Shown in pieces: positions 39,543-49,914 of a stretch of 64,000 bases of DNA. The position numbers and the translations under genes were made by a program. The DNA is from Alkalispirochaeta sp. (GTDB taxonomy: Bacteria > Spirochaetota > Spirochaetia > DSM-27196 > Alkalispirochaetaceae): NCBI GenBank assembly GCA_965601925.1, contig OZ271854.1, positions 3,808,001 through 3,872,000 of the forward strand, written 5' to 3'. Numbering within the stretch: position 1 is the first letter of the stretch; each line of letters opens with the position of its first letter. The notes beneath the pieces were generated by a model. The model saw nothing but the letters and a program-made list of their open reading frames with translations, did no database searches and had not been told where the DNA came from.

Positions 39543-42209
39543 TCAATCGAGCGTGCGCTTCCAGCGGTAGATGAGATCCAGCGCCTCCCGCGGGGAGAGG
39601 GTGTCCGGATCGATCGTCGACAGCTCGCCGGCTACAAGATCGCCCGGTCGAAAGAGCTCTCCCACGGCCGCCGCCGGCTCCGTGCTACTCGCGGCGGACG
39701 ACGATTTCATATCACCATCGCCGGATTGAGATCGGCGGAGCGATTCTCGGCGGCTCTCCTCCGACGCATCTCCGCCGTCCTCCAGACGCGCCAAGATTGC
39801 GCGGGCACGCGCGATGACCGAGTCCGGTAATCCCGCCATACGCGCTACATCCACACCGTAGGAGCGGTCACCGGCGCCGGCGCGTAGTTTCTTCAGGAAT
39901 ACGATGCGCTCGCCGGAGTGATCCACAGCCATCCCCAGAGCCGAAAACTGCGCGTGCTCGAGCGCCGAAAGCTCGTGGTAATGGGTGGCGAAGAGTGTTC
40001 GCGCGGCCACGGCCTCCAACAGGTGTTCGCTCACCGCCCAGGCGATCGCCAGCCCGTCGTGCGTACTCGTACCGCGGCCGACCTCATCCATGATCACCAG
40101 ACTGTGCGGCGTCGCGTTCCGCAGGATATTGCTCGTCTCGTTCATTTCGACGAGAAAGGTCGACTCTCCGCGTGCGATGTTGTCCGATGCCCCGACTCGG
40201 CAGAATATGCGATCGCATAAGCCGATCCGCGCCGTCTCCGCCGGTACGAAGCTTCCGATGTGGGCCATCAGGGTAATTAATGCCGTCTGGCGGAGCACCG
40301 TCGACTTGCCCGCCATATTCGGCCCGGTAATGAGCGCAAATCGCGGAGCGTCCTCGCCCAGCAATACGTCGTTTTCTACGAACTCTCCGGGTGCCAGGTG
40401 CGACTCGACGACCGGATGGCGCCCGCCGCGAATATCGAGCGTCGGGTGTTCGACAAGTGTGGGGCGTCGATACCCGCGTAGCGTCGCTCCGCGCGCGAAT
40501 GACGCGACCACATCGACGGAGGCGATCCGCTTTGCCAATACCGACAGCAACGGCATATGGATCGCCACTCGGCGTCGCAGTTCGAGAAAGAGCTCCTGCT
40601 CGCGCTGCAATGCGGCCTCGCCCGCGTTATTGATCTCGGTCTCGAGCTCGGCCAGCCGCGTCGTGGTGAATCGCTCTGCGTTCGCCAGGCTCTGCCGACG
40701 GATGAAGTCGTCCGGAAGCCGGTCGGCTTGGCTCCTGGGGACCTCGAAGAAGTGGCCGAGGACACGATTGTATCGAATCTTCAGCGAGGAGATGCCGGTT
40801 TGGGTGCGCTGCTCGGCGAGGTATTCGTCCAAGATGTCGCGACTGCGGCGTTGGAGGGATCGGAGGCGATCGAGCTCGGAGTCGAAGCCGTTTCTGATGA
40901 TGCCGCCGTCGGCGAGGGATACCGACGGCTCGTCGTCCACGGTTTCGAGGATTTCGTCGCGAAGGGAGTGCAGTGTACGCCACTGGTCGGCCGTATCGAC
41001 GAGTCCGGTCTCGCGAGCCTCCGGGGCCGTGGTGTCGCCGTACCAATCGGGAATCAGCGCGGCGATGTCGCAGGTCGCGCGTAGCGTATTGGCGATCGCC
41101 ACCAGGTCCTTGGGATGCGCTTTTTCGACGCCGAGCCGCCCCACCAACCGCTCGAGATCGTACGTAGAGGCGAGGTGGCCGCGGAGCGCCTGGAGGACGT
41201 CTTGCCGCCGGTAGAGCTCCTCGACGCGATTCAAACGCTTCTCAATCGCTTCGATATCGCGATCCGGCGTAAGGATGCGGCGTCGAAGCATCCGCGACCC
41301 CATGGCGGTTTCACAGTAGTCCAACGCCTCAACTAAGGTGTATGACTCGCCGCCGTCCTGCATGTTCCGGATGAGCTCCAAGTTGCGGATCGTTGCGTCG
41401 TCGAGTATGACGGTGTGCGTATCGCGATGGCGACGCACGCCGGCCATATGACTCAGCACGTGCCGAGCGTTATCCTCCAAGTACTCCAAGAGCGCTGCGG
41501 CGGGCAGGAGCGCCGGATCGTCCTCCTCGATACCGAATCCCCGGAGGGACTGCACGCCGAATAGTTCGGTAAGACGTCGAAATGACTGTCTCCGGTCGTA
41601 GCCCCAGTCGGGAATGCGGTTTATCACCACGGTGGAGCCGGTCGCCGAAAGGCCGCCGAGCGTCTCACTCGATTCGAGCAACGACTCCTGCACCACGAGC
41701 TCGCGCGGTGACAGGCGGGCCAGTTCACGGCGGATAATCGTCTCTCGATCGCCCCCGGGGTTCGTGAGGGCGTACGCAGCGAGGCAGAGCTCCCCGGTCG
41801 ACACATCGCACCACGTGAGGGCGAGGTGATCGCCTTCCACGCCGAAGGCGGCGATGAAATTACTGCTCTTGGGATCGAGATAGTCGAGGTCGAAGACCGT
41901 TCCCGGCGATAGAACCTCGACGACCTCCCGTTCGACCAGTTGCCGGGAGTCGGGGGCGCTCGTCTGTTCGCATACCGCGACTTTGCGCCCCTGTTTAAGA
42001 AGGCGGTGGATGTAGGTCCGCGCCGCATGGTGCGGTACACCGCACATCGGTACGTTCTGGCGTTTGGTTAGAGTCAATCCGAGAAGACGCGCGCCCTCGC
42101 GTGCGTCCTCCCCGAACATCTCGTAAAAGTCGCCCAAACGGAAGAACAGGATCGCGTCCCGGTGGCGGGATTTGATCTGCTCATACTGTGTGAGCATCGG
42201 TGTAGCCAT
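39543..42209 (-). CDS. mutS: DNA mismatch repair protein MutS
   Basis: FRLGDFYEMF, TGPNMAGKST, DEVGRGT, ATHYHEL. Confidence 0.99.
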   Translation of the reverse strand: MATPMLTQYEQIKSRHRDAILFFRLGDFYEMFGEDAREGARLLGLTLTKRQNVPMCGVPHHAARTYIHRLLKQGRKVAVCEQTSAPDSRQLVEREVVEVLSPGTVFDLDYLDPKSSNFIAAFGVEGDHLALTWCDVSTGELCLAAYALTNPGGDRETIIRRELARLSPRELVVQESLLESSETLGGLSATGSTVVINRIPDWGYDRRQSFRRLTELFGVQSLRGFGIEEDDPALLPAAALLEYLEDNARHVLSHMAGVRRHRDTHTVILDDATIRNLELIRNMQDGGESYTLVEALDYCETAMGSRMLRRRILTPDRDIEAIEKRLNRVEELYRRQDVLQALRGHLASTYDLERLVGRLGVEKAHPKDLVAIANTLRATCDIAALIPDWYGDTTAPEARETGLVDTADQWRTLHSLRDEILETVDDEPSVSLADGGIIRNGFDSELDRLRSLQRRSRDILDEYLAEQRTQTGISSLKIRYNRVLGHFFEVPRSQADRLPDDFIRRQSLANAERFTTTRLAELETEINNAGEAALQREQELFLELRRRVAIHMPLLSVLAKRIASVDVVASFARGATLRGYRRPTLVEHPTLDIRGGRHPVVESHLAPGEFVENDVLLGEDAPRFALITGPNMAGKSTVLRQTALITLMAHIGSFVPAETARIGLCDRIFCRVGASDNIARGESTFLVEMNETSNILRNATPHSLVIMDEVGRGTSTHDGLAIAWAVSEHLLEAVAARTLFATHYHELSALEHAQFSALGMAVDHSGERIVFLKKLRAGAGDRSYGVDVARMAGLPDSVIARARAILARLEDGGDASEESRRESLRRSQSGDGDMKSSSAASSTEPAAAVGELFRPGDLVAGELSTIDPDTLSPREALDLIYRWKRTLD

Positions 42210-42228
42210 GCGGACTCGGTGTTATCGG

Positions 42229-42762
42229 TTAGCGGTCACCCATTTGCACGAGGCGCTGCACGACCTGATCGCTGATATCGACCTCGGCCGACCACCATTG
42301 GAGCCCGGCGACGTCCGTTCGCAGCACAACCGTATATCCCTCGCTCTCGGCGACGAACTGAATGGCATCTTGGAGGCGACGTAGAAAGTCGTTGGAGAGA
42401 AGGCCGCTTTGGCGAGTCTCCAACTGCTGCCGTCGGCTGCGGGTAAGATCCTCCAAAAAACGCTGCAGTTGAAGAATATCCTCATCCAGGTCCGCCATGC
42501 GTCGACTGTTCCCCTGCTCTTGGGCCAACAGTCGACGGTCGCGCAGAGCCTCTAATTGTGCGACCTGCTCATCGATCTCCTCCTGGTACTCCTGTCGAAG
42601 GCGTTCCAGTTCGCGGACCTCTTGGGAGTCGCGAAAAAAGGAGTTGTACACACGGTTGATATCGACGATCCCTACCGTGGTGAGCTGCTCACCGTAGACG
42701 GGGGCGACGGCAAGCACGATTACAAGAAACAGCAGACTTCCAGTAGTTCTCTTCATCATCAT
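42229..42762 (-). CDS. skp: OmpH/Skp periplasmic chaperone
   Basis: Signal peptide, VGIVDINRV, coiled coil, VDISDQVVQRL; downstream of bamA. Confidence 0.9.
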   Translation of the reverse strand: MMMKRTTGSLLFLVIVLAVAPVYGEQLTTVGIVDINRVYNSFFRDSQEVRELERLRQEYQEEIDEQVAQLEALRDRRLLAQEQGNSRRMADLDEDILQLQRFLEDLTRSRRQQLETRQSGLLSNDFLRRLQDAIQFVAESEGYTVVLRTDVAGLQWWSAEVDISDQVVQRLVQMGDR

Positions 42763-42776
42763 TCTCCAGAGTAGCG

Positions 42777-42913
42777 CGGTATTGAGGCTCTTGTAAAAGT
42801 GCGTGTTTCAAAAGCCTCAATATCGGGTCGAAGTCATAATTATATACATGGTATATAATTATGACTTCTAAAGGTCCTGGCGTTCTCAAAAATCGGTCAT
42901 TTTTGAGAACGCC
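42777..42913. repeat. Three consecutive inverted repeats in the AT-rich bamA-skp spacer
   Basis: IR1 TATTGAGGCT/AGCCTCAATA (42780-89/42813-22); IR2 perfect 18 bp (42830-47/42851-68); IR3 perfect 15 bp (42879-93/42899-913). Confidence 0.9.
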
Positions 42914-42917
42914 TGTA

Positions 42918-45563
42918 TTAAAACTCGATTCCGATTGTGAAAATCAGATCGAGACCTCGGCCGCTGTCCGAGTCTCCTCCGCTGAAGAGGTTTCCGGTTT
43001 GCCACTCCACATCACCGTCTTCGTCGATTTCAAAACGACGCGCGAGATAGAGCCGAATCGGAAATTGCGGAATGACGAAACGAATGCCCGTACCGACGGT
43101 AAAGAGCCAGTCCTGGGCCGTAAGGTCGGTGAGGCGTTGGCGATCGTCCCAGTCGGCCGCGTCGGCGTCAAAGGTACGTAAGGTCGCGGCCTCGAAAAAC
43201 GTATCCCACCATATGATCTGCTCGGAAAGGGGCATACGGAGTTCTATCCAGTTGTTCCACAAAGATGAGCCGTTGCTCTCGAACGGCCAACCGCGGGCAT
43301 TGAACATGCCGTCGATACGCAGGAGGTCGCTGTCGGAGGTTGCGAAGTAGCTGTCGTTTCCTTCCCGAAGGTAGAAGTTGGGCAAGATGAAACTCAGACG
43401 CGACTGTAGAGCGAGTACCATCCTCCAGTTCCACTCCCCGACCGGCACGTCCCACAACGTGAAGTACGCCTCGGCGGTGCTGTCGGTGCGCACAAAGTGA
43501 CGCTGACCGCCGAGAAAACCGCCGACGAAGGTAACGTCTTGATCGAGTCGATAGCCGCTGGACGGGCTGAAGATGAAATCGCGATTGTCGAGCGCCACGC
43601 CGACCGTCCACGAGTTGCGAAAGCGCCACGTGTTGAGGTTGTTGCGCGTCGTCTCGTTCGCCGGACGGTAGATCGTATCGTCGTAGGTAATGTAGTTGAT
43701 GCTCGTACGCAGCGATGTACTCGGAATGAAGCGTCCCACCGGCGTACGAAAGGTGTATCCGGTATTGACGCCCAGACCGATGCTGTAGGCGAGATAGCTC
43801 ATCAAAAACTCCGACGGAATCGACGAGGTGGTATCGCCCAGATACTCGTACTCCGTCTGGAGGCTGAGATCGCTGATCTGATCGGACGTCGGAATTCCCG
43901 GGAAGCGGTCGCCGGCGGTGTATGTCTGGCCGCCGAACTCCCGCGTATCGGTGAAGACGTAGTCGTCGTTGGAGAAGGGGTCGGGGACCGCCTCGTCGTC
44001 GTCATTGTAAATCGGCGCCAACGCATCCTGCGGCACGTTGTTAACCATGCTCCGCTGAAACGAAAGGTTGACACCGCCCGACCAGCGGCGGCCGAAGAGC
44101 CACCGTTCGAGGAAGTTGAAACTGACTTGCTGGCTGAGGGGCGACGCAATCGCTTGAATACCGAACGTCTGACCGCGACCGCGAAAGTTACGATCCTGCC
44201 ACTGCACCTGCGCCGAGACCGGAAACTCCTGGCTGCCGCCGAAGGCGAGTCCGAATATGATCTCCGCGGTGTTGCCCTCTTCAAGATTGATAATCAGATC
44301 CATCAAGCCGTCGGCGCTTCCCTCGGGCGTCTCGGGGGTTATCGAGTTGAAGTATTGCAGATTGCCCAAGTTTTGCAATGCGGCACGGATTTGAGTGGCG
44401 CTGAACACGTCCCCCACCTCCAAGGGAATCTCGCGCTCGATGACGTAGTCGAGTGTCTTCTCGTTCCCGCGGATGATGATGTTTTCGATATGCGCGCGAT
44501 TATTCTCGACGATGTTAATCGTGAACGAAACGAGGTTCTGCTCCTCGTCGCGCGTCTCCTGCAGGGTAATACGATTAAAGATGTATCCGCTCTCATAGTA
44601 GCGGTCGGCGACGCGCTGGTAGTCCTGGTTGAAACGGTTGAGGTCGAGAATCTCTCCCTCCTGTAGGCGAACCAGTCCACCCAAATCCTCATCATCGAAG
44701 ATCGTGTTACCCTCGAATGCGACGCCTCCGAAGGAGTACTGCTCGCCCTCCTCGATGAAGAAGGTGATCGACATGAAGATCCGTTCGGCCTCCGGGTCCT
44801 CGCGAAAGGTCTGCTCGACATCTACGACATCGGCGTCTATGAATCCCTCGCCGAAGTAATAGCGCTGGATTCTCGTACGGTCGAGGTCGAGCGTGCTCGC
44901 CTGAAACACGCCGTTGTTGAATAGGCCCTGGGTGCGCAGCTCGATCTCCCCTCGCAGGGTCGATTCGGAGGCGAATTGATTCCCGACGAAGGTGATCGAT
45001 TCGATCGATACGCGATTACCCTCTTGAATCGTGAAGCGGACGATGTTTTCATCTTCTTCCTGGATAAACTCGGACTCGATCTGTACGTTCGGATAACCTT
45101 GCTCGACGTAGAGGGTACGCAGCGCCTCCTCGTCGATCCTCAGCCTGCTACGAGTTATCATATCGCCGCGAGTCAGGAGCACGACCTCCAAGAGGCGATT
45201 TCGCCCGAGTCGATTATTGCCGACGAACTCGATGTCGGTAATGACCGGGCGCTCGCGCACGTCGAATCGCAGAACGACACGGTCCTCAGAGCCGTCGTCG
45301 GGACGCTCCGCGTTGGGAATGATCTGTTCGAAATAGTCCAACGCGTACAAACGCCGCTGGAGTTCGAGAAACGTCGGCTCGGTAAACTCGCGACCGATAA
45401 ACGGCTCGACGACCGCCGAGAGCTCATTCTCGGTAATCGTGTCGAGTCCGTCGAACACGATACTCTCGATCGGTTTGTCGAGATACCACTCTTCATTTGT
45501 CTGTGCTTCTAATATTCCGGCCGTCAATACCAGTATAGGCAGGGCGTAACGCAGTAGTCGCAT
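42918..45563 (-). CDS. bamA: Outer membrane protein assembly factor BamA
   Basis: Signal peptide, five POTRA repeats, DRNFRGRGQ, NARGW, C-terminal Phe. Confidence 0.96.
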   Translation of the reverse strand: MRLLRYALPILVLTAGILEAQTNEEWYLDKPIESIVFDGLDTITENELSAVVEPFIGREFTEPTFLELQRRLYALDYFEQIIPNAERPDDGSEDRVVLRFDVRERPVITDIEFVGNNRLGRNRLLEVVLLTRGDMITRSRLRIDEEALRTLYVEQGYPNVQIESEFIQEEDENIVRFTIQEGNRVSIESITFVGNQFASESTLRGEIELRTQGLFNNGVFQASTLDLDRTRIQRYYFGEGFIDADVVDVEQTFREDPEAERIFMSITFFIEEGEQYSFGGVAFEGNTIFDDEDLGGLVRLQEGEILDLNRFNQDYQRVADRYYESGYIFNRITLQETRDEEQNLVSFTINIVENNRAHIENIIIRGNEKTLDYVIEREIPLEVGDVFSATQIRAALQNLGNLQYFNSITPETPEGSADGLMDLIINLEEGNTAEIIFGLAFGGSQEFPVSAQVQWQDRNFRGRGQTFGIQAIASPLSQQVSFNFLERWLFGRRWSGGVNLSFQRSMVNNVPQDALAPIYNDDDEAVPDPFSNDDYVFTDTREFGGQTYTAGDRFPGIPTSDQISDLSLQTEYEYLGDTTSSIPSEFLMSYLAYSIGLGVNTGYTFRTPVGRFIPSTSLRTSINYITYDDTIYRPANETTRNNLNTWRFRNSWTVGVALDNRDFIFSPSSGYRLDQDVTFVGGFLGGQRHFVRTDSTAEAYFTLWDVPVGEWNWRMVLALQSRLSFILPNFYLREGNDSYFATSDSDLLRIDGMFNARGWPFESNGSSLWNNWIELRMPLSEQIIWWDTFFEAATLRTFDADAADWDDRQRLTDLTAQDWLFTVGTGIRFVIPQFPIRLYLARRFEIDEDGDVEWQTGNLFSGGDSDSGRGLDLIFTIGIEF

Positions 45564-45580
45564 TCGGGTTCCCTCTGATG

Positions 45581-48500
45581 TCAATAAGAAAATGACCACG
45601 AAAACGTGAACGTGTTGTCTCTGATAAAAAGCTCCTCAGGATTCTGTGGAGCAAGGTTCCACTCCAGCAGGAAAAATGGTGTTTGCCATTCTAAACTTAT
45701 TTCCGAATCAATCAAGACCCCATCGATGCGTTCGATCTCTTGGGTTGCCGGGTCGAATACGTCTCTGGATCTCATCTGTACAAGGAACTGTCCGAATACC
45801 GCGTCCCCCAAATATCGTCCCATAAATACCGATGTGTTATTAAGATACGTTCCAAGAGACGGTGTAGTCTCCTGCACCGTCGTATCCGCGGGGTTGATCG
45901 CGGTAATCAAGAGATTCTGTATAACGCTGGTTCGCACGGCAAAAAGGTCAAGGTCGAATTGTTCGCGTACCGCATCTTCAAAACGGCGAAATACGCCGAA
46001 CTGCGTCGCGATATTGGTCGTGGACAACAGGGCGGTCGAGAGATTTACCGCGGCGCTTCCTTGCTGAAAGATATCGCCGCCCAGTATCGCGACGATTTCA
46101 TCACCTTGTAGCGTGGGATTCGACTCAAAGCGCGGACTGAACTCGCTCAGCCGCTGCCCGTCGGCAACGAGGTATATCCGTACCGGACCGTCCGGCGTAA
46201 CGTCGCGAATCTCCGCCCGTGCCGTGAGGCGCGGATCGAAATCGTCCTGATTCTCTTGAAAGTCGATACGACCATCGCGGATGAAGAAGTTTCGATCAAA
46301 GTAAAATACGTCGCCGCTTTGGATCGTTACCGAGCCCTCCATCGCGAAGATCTCGTCCGACGTGTCTGCGACGATGGCGACCGTCTGATCGACGGCAAAG
46401 TTGCTTCGCAGAATGGGAAAGTTGCTGTCGGGCCAGAGAAACTGTACACCTCTGCCGGTCTCGAGCGTCAGATCGAGCTCGAGGTTCCGTCCGGGTGTCT
46501 CTCGATCCGTCTCATCTTCCGTCGCGGCCAGAGCGATATTCGCACTGGAGGCGGTGACGTCGCCGCTGATACGCATCTCGCCTCGGTCGCCGGCGATACG
46601 AAGGTCCCCGCGTCCGAACCCTTCTATTTCGACCGGTCCCAGTACGCTCTCGATACGCATGCCGTCCTCGCCCGCGATCGCCACGTTAAGCTCGTATCCT
46701 TCGACGTTGAAGCGACTGAAAGCCGCCCTGCCGTCGAGGGTAACCGGCGCATCACCGACTATCGTCGACGTCGTGGGCAACCGAACGGTCCTTTCCTCGA
46801 AGATAAGCGTACCGTCGATCGGTCCGATCGTATCGGGAGTGAGAAATAATCCCAGCGAGAAGCCCCGAACGGAGAGCGTGCCGAAGAAGTCGGGATCTCC
46901 GGGAGTGCCGATTATGCGTACCGATCCCCGCGCAACACCGCTGTCTATCTGTGCCGCATTGAGCGCGATCGCGCGAGACAGCGCCGGGAGATCCGCTACG
47001 ACGTCGGATGCGTTCACCTCTATTTGTCCCGGAGTAATACGTCCCGCCGCGTCAAACCGAATCGGGAGCGGTTCAGATGCGGTTATGGAGAAGTCACCGG
47101 CATCGGTTATCATCCCGTCGACGGCGCGATCGTCGCGCTCGATGCGGGTTACGCCACCCGACCGATCGAGTCGGTACAGGCCGGCCGCCACCGAAGTAGT
47201 CGTCGCCGTGTCGCCGCCGAGTGTCTGCATCGGGCGCACCGTGAGTTCCGCAGCCATCGGTCGCGCTACCAGCTCTCCCACATCCAACACATCGAGCGAG
47301 CCGACCTCGGCTGTAAGCGACACGTCGTACGCCGTGCGTCCGGCGGCCTGGAGGATACGCCCCTCGCCGGCTATCTCGCCGGTGGCGCGTTGCACCGTGA
47401 GTGAGGAGATTTCGGTTCTCGTAGTGCCGACCCGGAGCCTCATCTCGTCGATGGAAAGCGTATTCGAATCGCCGAACGCCACCAACCGTCCCTGAAGTTC
47501 CTGTTCGTCTACCCGCACGATGTCGCTTTCGAGGAGGACGCGCACCTGCGGCTCGTCTACGGTGCCGACCATCTGGAGTGCGCCGTGGACCGTGCCGGTG
47601 CGTGCGCGCGGCCAGAAACGCCGAACCGGCGAGTCGTTGAATCTGATATCCAACGCCGTCGCGCCTCCCGCGTATCTACCGGCGATACGATATTGCTCCG
47701 CACTGTGAAGGGACGCGAGCCCTCCGTTCACCTGGATTTCGACCTCTTCTTCCGCCCCGTAGGCGACCTCGAACGTTCCGGCAAGGGTGCTGAAGCCGTC
47801 ATCCAGCTCAACTACGGCGCCCTCTACGACGCCCGGGCCTATGCTCAACACCGCAACCGCGTCGGCTCTCCCTCCTCCCGGTACGGGGAGACCCGTCAGG
47901 CGGAGTTCCTCTACGGTGATGTACCAGTTGCTCGAGTCGAAGAAGAGGCCTTCGAGGCGCGCGGCCATCGTTGCGCCCCCCGCCGGAAGCGGCGTTTCTC
48001 GTATCTGTCCGTCGAGCGAGAACGCTCCTCCCGCGGTGCGTCGCAGACGCACGTCGATGTCATGGGGACCGAATACGATGAGCCCGTCCTCGGCGGTATA
48101 CAGACCGCGCAGGGAGTACGGAACCGAATTGATCGATAGATCGGTGCCGAAGTCGATCGTCCCTCCCGAGGCGATGCGGAGAAAACCGTCGGCATAGACG
48201 CGTAGGTTGTCGTCGTAGAACATAAAACGTTCGACGATTACCGTACCGTCGCGGTATTCGCCGGAGACACGTGCGACACGGTTGTCATCATCGGGATCGC
48301 GGAGCGAGAGCTGCGGGAGTCGTACGTAAAGCGACTCCTCACGCACATCGAGCCGCACGGAGCCGGCCGCCACGGTCCGGGAGAGCGCGGCTGGTATCCC
48401 TACCGCGTATCCCAACTGGGAGAGAAGCGCGTCGATACGGTGCAGGGAAACGTCGTAGAGCGAAACCTCCGCGGCAACGTCATCGAAGGATGCGAAGCGT

Positions 48501-49861
48501 GCGTCCGTCTCGATCCGCCCCGACCCATCCGGCTCTACGGAAAAGGCGAGGCTTGCCGAATGGTAGTGCGATCCGCGATCGAGCCGGCCGTCTATATCGA
48601 ATAGGTCGACCTCGCTCACGCGCAGCCCCTCGGCTAAGATGGTCGCTCCATCCGGCGAGCCTCCCACCACGGCCCTCCCCGAGAACGTCGGTAACTCGCC
48701 GTAGGCAAAGCGGTTCAGTGAGAGCGTTCCGGTCGGCGCCGTATCTCCGATTCTATAGCGGCCGTCGAAGCGAGCCTCGCCGCGCGAGGCGTGCACGAGG
48801 AGATTCGGTGCGGTAAACGTGCCGTCGTCGAACCGATAGTCGGTGGATATCCGAAGCGGTTCGGGAAGGACCGGAGAAAAGAAGTGTGCCGCCACGGTAC
48901 CTTCGGCCTCTCGAATCCCGGTCTCGGCGACGAGGTGAAGCGCGGAATCGGTGGTAATCGACGTCGATAAGAGCGGTGTCCACCGTTCCCACGGTCCGTA
49001 GAACTCGACGGATTCGGCCGGGACGTACGATTCGCTTTGAATGTCTATGCGAACGTGTCCGGTCTGCGGGTCGAAGAGTGCAAACAAGTCGAGGGGATCG
49101 TCGCTCCGAATGCGTTGAATCGATACGTTTTCGGTCCGCCTTTCGATACGAAAACTCTGATCGTCGAGGTGGAGGTGACTGCCGACGATATCGCCCACGT
49201 CGATACTCGCAGAAAGCTCGCGGCCCTCCCGATCGCTTGCGACGTCCGCCGAGAGGCGCGCCGCAAGGGTGAACGGATCGTCGTCCATCGTCGCCTCGGC
49301 GCTCATTCCGGCCCGGACGGTGCCGGTTATCGACTCGCGGTCGAGCGTAAGGGTCGCCCCGACGCGATCGAGGCCGACGCGGCGCTCCCCGTCGGCCATT
49401 TCTATGAAACCGTGCCGCACTTCGATCCGAAAGTCGAAGAGTCCGCGGCGATTCTCCCTAATGAAGTCGATCGTATTGGAGAGACGTCTCCAGTCTTCAT
49501 CGGTAACGAGCTCGATGTGCGGTTCCACGATCGTGAGGGCGGTAATGAGCTCATTGACATTGCCTCGAAAGAGGCTGCCGATGTTCACCGCGATCGTCAC
49601 CTCGCGAGAGCGCATGTTGTCCGAGATTCGTACATCCGATATCGCGATGCCGCGAAAGACCGACGGACTGACGGACCCCCACTCGAGTCGTTGGTCGATC
49701 TCCGATTCCAGAGCCGTGATGGTATCTCTCCGGAATCGGTCGCCGGCCGCCTCGATCCGTGCTATGAACAGACGACTGGAGAGCGTCGCGACGGCCAACA
49801 CGACCACCACGAGGCCCACGCTGAGAATCGTATTACCGGTGCGATGTGTCCTTCTGCCCAT
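45581..49861 (-). CDS. tamB: TamB/AsmA-like translocation and assembly module protein
   Basis: N-terminal anchor, long beta-rich body, C-terminal TamB-like region; directly upstream of bamA as in other spirochaetes. Confidence 0.8.
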   Translation of the reverse strand: MGRRTHRTGNTILSVGLVVVVLAVATLSSRLFIARIEAAGDRFRRDTITALESEIDQRLEWGSVSPSVFRGIAISDVRISDNMRSREVTIAVNIGSLFRGNVNELITALTIVEPHIELVTDEDWRRLSNTIDFIRENRRGLFDFRIEVRHGFIEMADGERRVGLDRVGATLTLDRESITGTVRAGMSAEATMDDDPFTLAARLSADVASDREGRELSASIDVGDIVGSHLHLDDQSFRIERRTENVSIQRIRSDDPLDLFALFDPQTGHVRIDIQSESYVPAESVEFYGPWERWTPLLSTSITTDSALHLVAETGIREAEGTVAAHFFSPVLPEPLRISTDYRFDDGTFTAPNLLVHASRGEARFDGRYRIGDTAPTGTLSLNRFAYGELPTFSGRAVVGGSPDGATILAEGLRVSEVDLFDIDGRLDRGSHYHSASLAFSVEPDGSGRIETDARFASFDDVAAEVSLYDVSLHRIDALLSQLGYAVGIPAALSRTVAAGSVRLDVREESLYVRLPQLSLRDPDDDNRVARVSGEYRDGTVIVERFMFYDDNLRVYADGFLRIASGGTIDFGTDLSINSVPYSLRGLYTAEDGLIVFGPHDIDVRLRRTAGGAFSLDGQIRETPLPAGGATMAARLEGLFFDSSNWYITVEELRLTGLPVPGGGRADAVAVLSIGPGVVEGAVVELDDGFSTLAGTFEVAYGAEEEVEIQVNGGLASLHSAEQYRIAGRYAGGATALDIRFNDSPVRRFWPRARTGTVHGALQMVGTVDEPQVRVLLESDIVRVDEQELQGRLVAFGDSNTLSIDEMRLRVGTTRTEISSLTVQRATGEIAGEGRILQAAGRTAYDVSLTAEVGSLDVLDVGELVARPMAAELTVRPMQTLGGDTATTTSVAAGLYRLDRSGGVTRIERDDRAVDGMITDAGDFSITASEPLPIRFDAAGRITPGQIEVNASDVVADLPALSRAIALNAAQIDSGVARGSVRIIGTPGDPDFFGTLSVRGFSLGLFLTPDTIGPIDGTLIFEERTVRLPTTSTIVGDAPVTLDGRAAFSRFNVEGYELNVAIAGEDGMRIESVLGPVEIEGFGRGDLRIAGDRGEMRISGDVTASSANIALAATEDETDRETPGRNLELDLTLETGRGVQFLWPDSNFPILRSNFAVDQTVAIVADTSDEIFAMEGSVTIQSGDVFYFDRNFFIRDGRIDFQENQDDFDPRLTARAEIRDVTPDGPVRIYLVADGQRLSEFSPRFESNPTLQGDEIVAILGGDIFQQGSAAVNLSTALLSTTNIATQFGVFRRFEDAVREQFDLDLFAVRTSVIQNLLITAINPADTTVQETTPSLGTYLNNTSVFMGRYLGDAVFGQFLVQMRSRDVFDPATQEIERIDGVLIDSEISLEWQTPFFLLEWNLAPQNPEELFIRDNTFTFSWSFSY

Positions 49862-49914
49862 TTCAACGTCTACGTGATAGAGTATCGTATCACAGAGAGG
49901 GAGAACCTATCAGG

